DNA of 64,000 nt, from positions 960,001-1,024,000 of the forward strand of contig JBMNHS010000001.1 in assembly GCA_050950505.1 (NCBI GenBank), given 5' to 3'. A program made the position numbers and the translations under genes. Of the stretch, positions 9,040 through 17,956 are shown in pieces (position 1 is the first letter of the stretch; every line of letters begins with the position of its first letter). Source of the stretch: Candidatus Methanomethylophilaceae archaeon (GTDB lineage: Archaea; Thermoplasmatota; Thermoplasmata; Methanomassiliicoccales; Methanomethylophilaceae). The notes under the pieces were generated by a model. That model ran no database searches. It worked only from the letters and a program-made list of their open reading frames with translations, and was not told the origin of the DNA.

Positions 9040-12000
9040 ATGGGGAACATCAAGGCATCTTTGTTTCTGGCTGTGGTGATACTGGTTGTTTTTACAGCAT
9101 TCGCATATGTTTTTACCGAAGTCGTTCCGGATGATTTTGATACCGAACAGGGTTTTTCGATATACTCTGATTCGCCGGTACCTTTGGGAAATCAGATTGA
9201 AGACATATTTGATTTTAAATACACCGATACTTCGGCAATTGTTTTAAAATACAAAGGACAGGATGAAATCGTATATGTTCCGAACATGATTGATGACAAA
9301 CCCGTTACCGGCATAGCCGACGGAGCGTTCATCAGCAACCCGACGGTAAAGGAGGTCCACCTGCCGGATTCCGTTACGGAGTTGGGGATATCGGTTTTTG
9401 AAAAATGCTCGTCTCTTGAAACGGTAACTTTGCCTTGCGGTATTAACAAGATAAGCGAAAAGACATTCTATGAATGTTCGTCCCTTAACAGTTTGGAGAT
9501 ACCGGATACCGTTCTTACCGTGGACAGACTTTCATTTTGCCGTTGTTCTTCTTTGACGCACATCACAATTCCTTACGGCGTGGTCGAATTAGGACAGGAT
9601 GCATTCAGCTATTCCGGTCTGATCACAATAGATTTGCCCGAAACGGTTTCAAAAATAGAAAAATACGCCTTTTATACCTGTTTGGATTTGAAAGAATTGA
9701 CCATCCCGGAAGGTGTCACCATGATAGGCGCAAAGACTTTCTGGCATTGCGAATCGATGGAACATATTTATCTCCCTGAAAGTCTCAAAACAATCGAAAT
9801 ATCAGCCTTCGTAAGCTGTTACTCTCTGAAAGAGCTCCATATTCCGTCAAACACCACGAATATCAGTATTTACGCCTTCGAATATTGCAATTCGCTGACG
9901 GAATTCACAGTGGGTGAAGGAAACAGCAAATACGAAAGCATCGACGGAGTTCTTTATGACAAGACCAGCAAAATGCTGTTCGCCTGCCCGGCTCTGAAGG
10001 AAGGTCACGTCACAATCGCTTACGGAACCAAGTCGATAAACGGTTTGGCATTCCACAATTGCATAAATTTGACGGATGTCACGATACCCGACACCGTCAC
10101 GAAGATAGGCGGCAGCGCGTTCAGTAGCTCTTCCCTTACATACATATGGATACCCAGCAGTGTCATCGATATAGTGGGAAGCACCTTCTCCGGTTGCCAT
10201 CAATTGACCGAGATAGAAGTCAGCAGGGACAATCCGGTTTACGGTTCGGTGGACGGTATACTGTACCGCGATAATATGGAAACACTGTTCATGGCTCCTC
10301 CCGGCAAAGGCGGGCATATAACAATACCGGACGGCGTGAAAACAATTTACGGCAACGCGTTCTATGTGAATTACGTCCTCACCGGAGTCACGTTCCCGGA
10401 TTCGCTGACCGCCATCAATTCAAGCGCTTTTTGGATGTGCCCGGCTTTGACGGATGTAATCATACCTGCAAACGTTACCGAAATAGGAAACTATGCCTTC
10501 AGTGAATGCAGTTCGTTGGAATACATAATTTTCCTCGGAAACGGCATGGAGCAAAGTTACGGCCCAATCCCTGTCGAAAAAACAATATACTATCTTGAAG
10601 GAAACACCGGTTTCGAATCTTGGAGAAACAGATACAAAATCCCCGTATCGCCTCCCGACAAAGTGACCGGCGTCTATTTTTACAACAATTCCTCCGAACT
10701 GAAATTCAGTTGGAATTATCCTGCCAACCATATCCGGGAGATAACCTCTTACACAATTTCGTACCGTGAAGCGGGTACGGACGATCCTTTCCGATATCTT
10801 GAAACTTACAGCAACATGGGCACCTCAATAGCGGGCCTGAAATCAGATACGGATTATGAACTGAGAATAGTTTCCGAAAACTTTGCAGGAACTTCCGAGA
10901 GCATTCTGTCCGGAAAAACCCTCAGGATTTATTCTGTGGATTTCAAAGCCAACGGAGGCAACGGAGTACCGCCGTCCGCAATATATGCCGACGAAGGCAC
11001 ATCTTTGACGCTTCCCGGTGCGGAAGATCTGCACATGACGGGACATTCCTTTATCGGTTGGTCATTATCGCCGTCAGGCCCTTCGCTGGAAAACAATATG
11101 ATTGTCGCGGATGACAACGTCACACTGTACGCGGTTTGGAAAACCGAAATGTACACTATTTATTTCGAGACCTCGGGCGGCGATCTCATCCCGCCGGTGC
11201 AGCAATATTACGGCACTTCCGTAGACGTTCCCGAAAATCCTTCCAGAGAAGGTCATACTTTTATCGACTGGGACGTCGCCGTTCCGGAAACCATGCCTGC
11301 CGAAAATTCCACTATATGCGCAATATGGGAGATCAACGGGTACAATATCGTGTGGATTGTGGATGATGTGAAACTCGATATCGATATTGATTACGGTTCA
11401 CGCATCAATATTCCGAGATTTAATGTCAAAGAAGGTCATGAATTCATCGGCTGGGACACAGAAATACCAGAAACCATGCCGGCCGAGGATTTGACGATAA
11501 AGGCAATCTGGTCCGTTAACACATACACATTGACCAGGATTGTCGACGGAGTTCAGTTTATCGATTATTATTCTTACGGATCTGAAATCGACACAATGGA
11601 AAATCCCGTTAAAGAAGGTCACACTTTCATCGGCTGGGACAAAAAAATACCGAAACATATGCCGGCAGAGAATCTCACAATAACCGCATCGTGGGAAATC
11701 AATCAATATGCAGTGATATTTATTCTTGGCAACGGTGAAAGCAATCTCGTAATATCCCGGGATTACGGCACAAATATACCCATTCCTGAAAATCCGAATC
11801 GGGAAGGTCATACATTCCTTGGTTGGAATATGCCGATACCGAGTACGATGCCGTCCGAAAATTTGGAAATATCGGCTGAGTGGAGCACTAACACATACCG
11901 TATTTTCTGGGTAATCGACGGTTTGGAAACCGAACAGGAATATTCATTCGGAACTTCCATATCTTCGGTTGAAAATCCGGTCAAAGAAGGTTATACCTTT

Positions 12001-13539
12001 GCAGGTTGGAATCCCGACGTACCGGAAACCATGCCCTCGGGAGATATCATTCTGCAAGCTCTTTGGAATTTGAATACATACAGAGTTTCATGGAATATCG
12101 GCGATACGGTGTTTGAGGTGAATGCCGAATACGGTTCACAGATACAGGTTCCAAAAATTATACAAAGAGAAGGTTGTGAGTTTATGGGATGGGATTCCCA
12201 GATTCCGGAAACCATGCCTGCTCACAATTTGGAAATAAGTGCATTGTGGCACACCTTCGAATATTCTGTAACTTGGATCGTCGATGATGCACGGATTGCG
12301 GAGACATACGAATTCGGAGACCGGATAATTCTTCCGGAACCTCCTGTCAAAGAAGGTTATTCCTTTATCGGCTGGGACGGTGATGTCCCGGGATCAATGC
12401 CTTCGAAAGATTTGGAAGTAACCGCATTGTGGAAAATCAATCAGTACACCGTTACTTTGATTTTAAACAACGGTGAAAATAACGTATCGATTGCTCGGGA
12501 CTATGGTGCAGAAATTCCAATTCCCGAAATCCCGGTCAAAGAAGGCCATGCCTTTGAAGGGTGGAGTGCGGAGATACCCGAAATTATGCCTGCCGAAGAC
12601 TTGACCGTATCGGCAACATGGTCCGTGAACAAGTATTCCGTCAGATGGATCGTTGACGGTATCGAATCCGTTGATGAATACGCATACGGTGAAGACATCC
12701 AAAAAAATCCCCCTGTGAAGAACGGGTACTGTTTCGATTGTTGGAGCGGAGACGTTCCCGCCGCAATGCCCTCTGAAAATCTTATGTTCGTCGCAATGTG
12801 GAATATTGAAAAATACATGCTGACTTTTGATTTGGGAAACAGCATCATGGAAATATCGGTGGATTTCGGAGCCGAAATTGATTTTGACGGAACGCCTGAA
12901 CGGCAGGGTCACGAATTCATAGGTTGGAGTTCCGAACTTCCCCTTGCGATGCCTGCGGAAAACATCACTGTTTCCGCCTTGTGGAATCCGAAGACGTATA
13001 CTGTTTACTGGGTGGTTGACGGCGAGGTTCTGGAATCTTCGGAAGTACAATACGGAAGTTTACCATCCAAACCCGTTGATGAGCCGGTCAAAGAATCCGA
13101 CGATATCCGGCATTATTCGTTCATCAGATGGTCTCCCGAACCCGATATCGTTGCATACGACACGGTGTATCATGCTGTGTTCAACGAAACGTCCCGCACG
13201 TATATTGTTGCCTATGATACAAACGGAGGTACCGGAGACACACCGCCCCCCGCGTCTCTGAATTACGGGACCGTGCTGCAACTCTCTCCCATCGACGGAT
13301 TGTACCGGGACGGCCATGTTCTCAAAGGTTGGAGCACAATGTCTTCCGGAAACGCGATGGAAAAATTGGAAGTAAAAGGCAACACGACTATTTACGCGGT
13401 TTGGGACACCGTTCCCAATCCTGAATCCGAAGATGAACCGATACCGTTGGTTATACCGGCGACCGTGGCAACTTCGGCAGTGGCTTTCTCAATGATCCTG
13501 ATATGGAGGAGAATGCGGCAATCGGGAAAGGTTGAGTGA
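9040..13539 (+). CDS. Adhesin-like surface protein: signal/anchor, BspA-type LRRs, FN3, about 13 Listeria-Bacteroides (InlB B-type) repeats, C-terminal TM
   Basis: Repeated IPxxVTxIGxxAFxxCxxL; FN3 (WNYP...YTISY...GLKSDTDYELRI); repeated KEGHTFIGW..PETMPAENLTI.A.W; hydrophobic tail followed by RRMR. Confidence 0.88.
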   Translation: MGNIKASLFLAVVILVVFTAFAYVFTEVVPDDFDTEQGFSIYSDSPVPLGNQIEDIFDFKYTDTSAIVLKYKGQDEIVYVPNMIDDKPVTGIADGAFISNPTVKEVHLPDSVTELGISVFEKCSSLETVTLPCGINKISEKTFYECSSLNSLEIPDTVLTVDRLSFCRCSSLTHITIPYGVVELGQDAFSYSGLITIDLPETVSKIEKYAFYTCLDLKELTIPEGVTMIGAKTFWHCESMEHIYLPESLKTIEISAFVSCYSLKELHIPSNTTNISIYAFEYCNSLTEFTVGEGNSKYESIDGVLYDKTSKMLFACPALKEGHVTIAYGTKSINGLAFHNCINLTDVTIPDTVTKIGGSAFSSSSLTYIWIPSSVIDIVGSTFSGCHQLTEIEVSRDNPVYGSVDGILYRDNMETLFMAPPGKGGHITIPDGVKTIYGNAFYVNYVLTGVTFPDSLTAINSSAFWMCPALTDVIIPANVTEIGNYAFSECSSLEYIIFLGNGMEQSYGPIPVEKTIYYLEGNTGFESWRNRYKIPVSPPDKVTGVYFYNNSSELKFSWNYPANHIREITSYTISYREAGTDDPFRYLETYSNMGTSIAGLKSDTDYELRIVSENFAGTSESILSGKTLRIYSVDFKANGGNGVPPSAIYADEGTSLTLPGAEDLHMTGHSFIGWSLSPSGPSLENNMIVADDNVTLYAVWKTEMYTIYFETSGGDLIPPVQQYYGTSVDVPENPSREGHTFIDWDVAVPETMPAENSTICAIWEINGYNIVWIVDDVKLDIDIDYGSRINIPRFNVKEGHEFIGWDTEIPETMPAEDLTIKAIWSVNTYTLTRIVDGVQFIDYYSYGSEIDTMENPVKEGHTFIGWDKKIPKHMPAENLTITASWEINQYAVIFILGNGESNLVISRDYGTNIPIPENPNREGHTFLGWNMPIPSTMPSENLEISAEWSTNTYRIFWVIDGLETEQEYSFGTSISSVENPVKEGYTFAGWNPDVPETMPSGDIILQALWNLNTYRVSWNIGDTVFEVNAEYGSQIQVPKIIQREGCEFMGWDSQIPETMPAHNLEISALWHTFEYSVTWIVDDARIAETYEFGDRIILPEPPVKEGYSFIGWDGDVPGSMPSKDLEVTALWKINQYTVTLILNNGENNVSIARDYGAEIPIPEIPVKEGHAFEGWSAEIPEIMPAEDLTVSATWSVNKYSVRWIVDGIESVDEYAYGEDIQKNPPVKNGYCFDCWSGDVPAAMPSENLMFVAMWNIEKYMLTFDLGNSIMEISVDFGAEIDFDGTPERQGHEFIGWSSELPLAMPAENITVSALWNPKTYTVYWVVDGEVLESSEVQYGSLPSKPVDEPVKESDDIRHYSFIRWSPEPDIVAYDTVYHAVFNETSRTYIVAYDTNGGTGDTPPPASLNYGTVLQLSPIDGLYRDGHVLKGWSTMSSGNAMEKLEVKGNTTIYAVWDTVPNPESEDEPIPLVIPATVATSAVAFSMILIWRRMRQSGKVE

Positions 13540-13775
13540 TGCTTCTGAACAGATTTTTCAAAGTCAAGTGACATGTGTTTGTGAGGGTCACAAATAATAC
13601 AGATTGAAAAAAGATTCAGAACCGCGGTCCGCGGAGATATGCCCTGAATACGGTAAATCGTAAGTTTCCGATTCAGGGCGATTCTGAAACCTATCATCAA
13701 AAATGAGAATTGAACAATGGTTTTACAGAATTTGCTTAACAATGATTATTAACCCAAAACTGCTAAAATAAACAC

Positions 13776-15419
13776 ATGTCCGGCAGGATAAAAAGTCTGT
13801 TCGCAGGGTTTGCCGCAATCCTTTTGATAACGACCTTGGCAATCCTGATAGTCACTGTCGGCACGGGAACGGTTTACTCCGTTCAGGGCACGGAGCCGGA
13901 AAACGGCACCGTCGAAGGTTACGGGGAATACAAACCAGGTGCGTGGGTGGTATTGATTGCGATACCGGACGAAGGTTACGAGTTCGTGGAGTGGTACGAC
14001 GAATTGGAAAACCGATCCCTCGGCGGATATGACCGATATTCTTTGATTGTCAGAGGCGACGAAAAGATAACTGCAATTTTCAGATTGAAAGAATTCAATG
14101 TCAGAGTGAACACAACCGGTGAGGCTGAAATAACGGGGGCGGGAACGTATCATTCCGGCGACACGGTGACACTGTCCGCCACGCCGAAAGAAAACTACAC
14201 ATTTTCACACTGGGTGTACAAAGGGGACACCTTCGAAGAATCCGTATTCACATTTGTTGTCGAAGAGAATGCCGTGATCCGGTGTGTTCTCACGGGGGAT
14301 CCCTGCGATATAACGATTGTTCCCGGAAACCACATAGAGACGGCTCCAACTTCAGGGACGTATGAATACGGTTCCAAAATCGGATTGTACGCAACTGCGG
14401 AAGAAGGTTATGTCGTAGACATGTGGAAATCCGAGGAAAAGGTTCTGGGTTACGGATCCCGAATTACTTATGAGGTTCGCGGCGATGCGGAAATATACGT
14501 CTTCTCCGCGCTTTACCTGGATGCGGATTTCACAACGACCCAGACCGGGTACGGTGAACCGTATACGTTTACCTGCAAAAGTAATGATTCCGTAACGTAT
14601 TCCAATACATGGTCTGCCAAGGGAGAAGGTGTAAAAACTAAAACACTTTACGGGGAGTATTTGTATTCCATGAATTTGGATTGCACGTACGGCGAAGATT
14701 CCAAAGGCATATGGACTCTGGAAATTCGCTATCCGAACACTATTACGGTTGAGGATATGAGGTCGATTACAATCACTCACACCGTTCATTGCGAGGGTTA
14801 CGAAAAATCGGTTTCCAACACATATTCTGCATACGGATGGAAATATTCGAACGGCAATTATTCTCTGTTCTTGAAATTGAATCCTTCGGATTATGTCAGT
14901 GCAAAGAGTTTTTCGGACACTTGGAACAAAACATACAAGATGTATTTCAATCAAAGTAATCTATGGAACGGAATTGTGGTTCAAAACAGTACGATAAAAT
15001 CCGTTGCTGATTCTTTGGATACTATAACCACAGGAATGACCCGGACGCAGAAAGCGCAATGCATCCTGGATTTCGTAACGTATACCGTCAACTATACGAG
15101 CGATCAGAGCCTGTACGGTCAAAGCGAGTATTTCGCAACCGCTTACGGGACATTGTACCTGAGAAAAGGAGACTGCGAAGATTCATCGATTCTCTTTGTC
15201 TCCCTGGCCAGTTACTGTGGTTTTGAAACCTATCTCATTTCACCGCCGGGACATATGGCCGGAGGTGTCGTGCTTCCCGGCATGGGAGGCAATTTTAAAA
15301 CGAATCCGGGATTGTATTTCTGTGAAACGACTCTGAAAGGTGCAAAAGTAGGATACATTTCCCCGTCATACACAGGCGTATCATGTACGTTGGAGACTGT
15401 GTCCGTGTATCGGTGGTAA
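13776..15419 (+). CDS. Secreted protein with divergent InlB-B repeats and a C-terminal transglutaminase-like Cys-protease domain
   Basis: N-terminal TM; GxGxYxxGxxVxLxAxPxEGYxFxxW repeats; KGDCEDSSIL, PGHMA and YFCETT (Cys-His-Glu). Confidence 0.78.
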   Translation: MSGRIKSLFAGFAAILLITTLAILIVTVGTGTVYSVQGTEPENGTVEGYGEYKPGAWVVLIAIPDEGYEFVEWYDELENRSLGGYDRYSLIVRGDEKITAIFRLKEFNVRVNTTGEAEITGAGTYHSGDTVTLSATPKENYTFSHWVYKGDTFEESVFTFVVEENAVIRCVLTGDPCDITIVPGNHIETAPTSGTYEYGSKIGLYATAEEGYVVDMWKSEEKVLGYGSRITYEVRGDAEIYVFSALYLDADFTTTQTGYGEPYTFTCKSNDSVTYSNTWSAKGEGVKTKTLYGEYLYSMNLDCTYGEDSKGIWTLEIRYPNTITVEDMRSITITHTVHCEGYEKSVSNTYSAYGWKYSNGNYSLFLKLNPSDYVSAKSFSDTWNKTYKMYFNQSNLWNGIVVQNSTIKSVADSLDTITTGMTRTQKAQCILDFVTYTVNYTSDQSLYGQSEYFATAYGTLYLRKGDCEDSSILFVSLASYCGFETYLISPPGHMAGGVVLPGMGGNFKTNPGLYFCETTLKGAKVGYISPSYTGVSCTLETVSVYRW

Positions 15420-15446
15420 ACACAATAAACCCCGGAAGTGGTAAAA

Positions 15447-15523
15447 TGGAGCCGCTTGGGAGATTTGAACTCCCGACCTGCTGATTACAAGTCAGCCGCA
15501 CTACCGGGCTATGCAAAAGCGGC
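15447..15523 (-). tRNA. tRNA-Thr(TGT), CCA encoded
   Basis: Acceptor stem GCCGCTT/AAGCGGC; anticodon arm GCTGA-CTTGTAA-TCAGC; T-loop TTCAAAT. Confidence 0.95.
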
Positions 15524-15672
15524 ACCAAGCCAGCAAATGTGTGACTTACTTTTATTACTTTCCATCGATTCGAATCAATAATACGGTCTTCCTGCGTAAA
15601 CCGATATATTTAATACGGGTTACGTATTCGCAAATCCGTTGCATATCCAACATTATCATTTGGTGATAGAAA

Positions 15673-16437
15673 ATGGCAGAAACCGACTCTAAACCTAAGG
15701 CGAAAACCGCCAAGAAAGAATCCGAAGAGAAGAAAACAATGGACATCCTCAGCCTGAGGTACTGTGCATATTTTGCCGAGGACATGACCCTTTACGATAC
15801 TACCGAAGAGGATAAGGCAAAAGAGGCAGGTCTGTATGACGAACAGTTCACTTACAAACCCATGGTGTACATCACAGGTTCCAACTCCCTTTTCCCCGCA
15901 CTTGCGCAGGCCATCGAAGAGGCAGAGCCCGGAAAACTTACCGAAGTGACCGTACCCTGCGATGAAGCCGCGGGCCCCAGAGATCCCAAGCTGATCGAAA
16001 CCTTCCGTGAAAAGGAATTCCACAAACAGGAACTCAATCCTTATCCGGGCATGAGGGTCACCCTCGGCGAACGCTCCGGTACCGTCATGAATGTCGCGGC
16101 CGGACGCATAAGGGTGGATTTCAACAGCCTACTCGCAGGTCACGATCTTGTCTACAAGTTCACCGTTTCCGAGCCCGTCAAAGATTCCGTCGAGAAGGCA
16201 AAAGCAATCTTCGAGAACGATTTCGGAACTTCCGAAGGTTTCGAATTCGACATAACCGAAGACAAGGTCGCAGTCACCGTTTCCGATCTTGCCAAGTTCA
16301 ACCAGAACTGGGTTATGGCCAGATTCAAGATTGTTGGAGATCTCAGAGCCGTCTTTAACGTAGACAGAATCGAGTTCATCGAAGTCTGGGCCTCCGGTAA
16401 GAAAAAGGAAGCCGACGAAGAGAAGGACGAAGAGTGA
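15673..16437 (+). CDS. Long-type archaeal FKBP peptidyl-prolyl isomerase (SlyD-like)
   Basis: AAGPRDPKLI, PYPGMRV and RIRVDFNSLLAGHDLVYKF motifs plus C-terminal extension. Confidence 0.85.
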   Translation: MAETDSKPKAKTAKKESEEKKTMDILSLRYCAYFAEDMTLYDTTEEDKAKEAGLYDEQFTYKPMVYITGSNSLFPALAQAIEEAEPGKLTEVTVPCDEAAGPRDPKLIETFREKEFHKQELNPYPGMRVTLGERSGTVMNVAAGRIRVDFNSLLAGHDLVYKFTVSEPVKDSVEKAKAIFENDFGTSEGFEFDITEDKVAVTVSDLAKFNQNWVMARFKIVGDLRAVFNVDRIEFIEVWASGKKKEADEEKDEE

Positions 16438-16568
16438 TTTCACTCTTCCCAAAACATCTTAAACAAATTCCTTAAATTTTCTCTGATACCGTATAATTGA
16501 TTCTCAATGTTCTTTTGCGTCCAGTGTAGAAAGATATTTAAAATGGGTTCTTATCTGTGAAAAGTACA

Positions 16569-16646
16569 GGACGGGTGGCCTAGTCAGGATATGGCAGCAG
16601 CCTCCTAAGCTGCAGGCCGAGGGTTCGAATCCCTCCCCGTTCGCCA
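16569..16646 (+). tRNA. tRNA-Arg(CCT), CCA encoded
   Basis: Acceptor stem GGACGGG/CCCGTTC; anticodon arm GCAGC-CTCCTAA-GCTGC; GGTTCGAATCC. Confidence 0.95.
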
Positions 16647-16675
16647 TTCACAACCCGGAACGTACCCGTTTCGGA

Positions 16676-17956
16676 TTATTCTTTGCCGAATATTTCATCC
16701 AACAGATACATTGTGCCTGATATGCCGTAAATGGGACGCGGCAGAAATCCGATTTTTGCAAGGCTCGGATACCCTATGTCCACTCCTTTGTAACAACGGT
16801 CGGACAGTTCCAGCATCTCTGCCGTATGTCCGTCCGCGAATACAAAATCAATCTTTTCGGGCAGCGGATCCGAACGCCAGGCGTTCTCGGCACCTATGTC
16901 CCTGAGAAAACTTCGGATTTTTGCGGCGGTGTCTTCATCGGTGCCGGGATTGGGCGTCAGTGACGCGGGAGCCATTCCAAGATATCCGAACAGCCATTTT
17001 GTCAGCGGAAGAAGCACCGATCCGTCCGCCGTTGCGGCGAAATCGTTGCCTTTGACTTTGTTCGTGTACAGGGTGCCTTTTATACGTTTGAAGACCCGGA
17101 CTTTGCGGTCGTTGATGAGGTTTTTCACTCTGTCGGCATTTCTGCCGGTTTTCGAGGCGACGGTTTCAATCCATCCTTCGGTGGCATCGAATCCCACGGG
17201 GGAGCCTCCATCGAACCGTATCGAAGGTATTCCGTATTTTTCCTCGTAATATTCTGCGGTTCTTGCGCAGTATTCGTTGCTGACAATCACATTGTATTCC
17301 GCTGAAACGGATTTTTCTATGTCCTCGCGTCCGCAACCCGCCCCGGGGGACGATACGACTTCCAACCCCGTCATTTCCAACAGATTCTTCAAATCTTCAA
17401 ACGCACTTTCCCAATCGTTGCTGGTTATCGGAAGACCCAGTATATTCACTGTTCCCGGAATGGTATCTTTCTTTTTGGGATCCATCCATTGAATCATTCT
17501 CCGTACGGTATGATCGTATCCCGAGGAAAACGGTTCGGAAATCAAAGACTCTTCAACTGCCATGGCCTTATCGGAACATCCCGCGAGCTCAATGGCATCG
17601 GTTATGTTGTCTCCGATGAGCGCGGCTCCCGGTGATTTGATGAACACGTTGAAAACATCATCATCCGCGCACAGGATGGGAAGGCATTCCTCTATCTTGT
17701 CAATGGAACCGTGAATGTAATCGTCCTCGTCCATGTAGGTGCAAGGTATTCTCGGCTGGCCGAAGAAAAAAGGAAGGGAATATTTCTCGTAATCTCCCGG
17801 TCCGGCTTTTGAATAATATTTGGAAGCCGAGAAAGAATGGTATCCTCTGCAGCCGCCGGGACCATGGAGCACTGCCCTGCCGTCCCTGAAACTTTCCACG
17901 GCCATGATTGCTCCGGTGAAACCGTCGGGAAGTACCGTCATTCCTCCAACCTCCAT
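16676..17956 (-). CDS. Nitrogenase component-1-like oxidoreductase subunit
   Basis: PDGFTGA, LHGPGGCR, CTYMDEDDYIHG, LIGDNI, VNILG and PVGFDATEGW motifs; overlaps the end of the NifH-fusion gene. Confidence 0.8.
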   Translation of the reverse strand: MEVGGMTVLPDGFTGAIMAVESFRDGRAVLHGPGGCRGYHSFSASKYYSKAGPGDYEKYSLPFFFGQPRIPCTYMDEDDYIHGSIDKIEECLPILCADDDVFNVFIKSPGAALIGDNITDAIELAGCSDKAMAVEESLISEPFSSGYDHTVRRMIQWMDPKKKDTIPGTVNILGLPITSNDWESAFEDLKNLLEMTGLEVVSSPGAGCGREDIEKSVSAEYNVIVSNEYCARTAEYYEEKYGIPSIRFDGGSPVGFDATEGWIETVASKTGRNADRVKNLINDRKVRVFKRIKGTLYTNKVKGNDFAATADGSVLLPLTKWLFGYLGMAPASLTPNPGTDEDTAAKIRSFLRDIGAENAWRSDPLPEKIDFVFADGHTAEMLELSDRCYKGVDIGYPSLAKIGFLPRPIYGISGTMYLLDEIFGKE

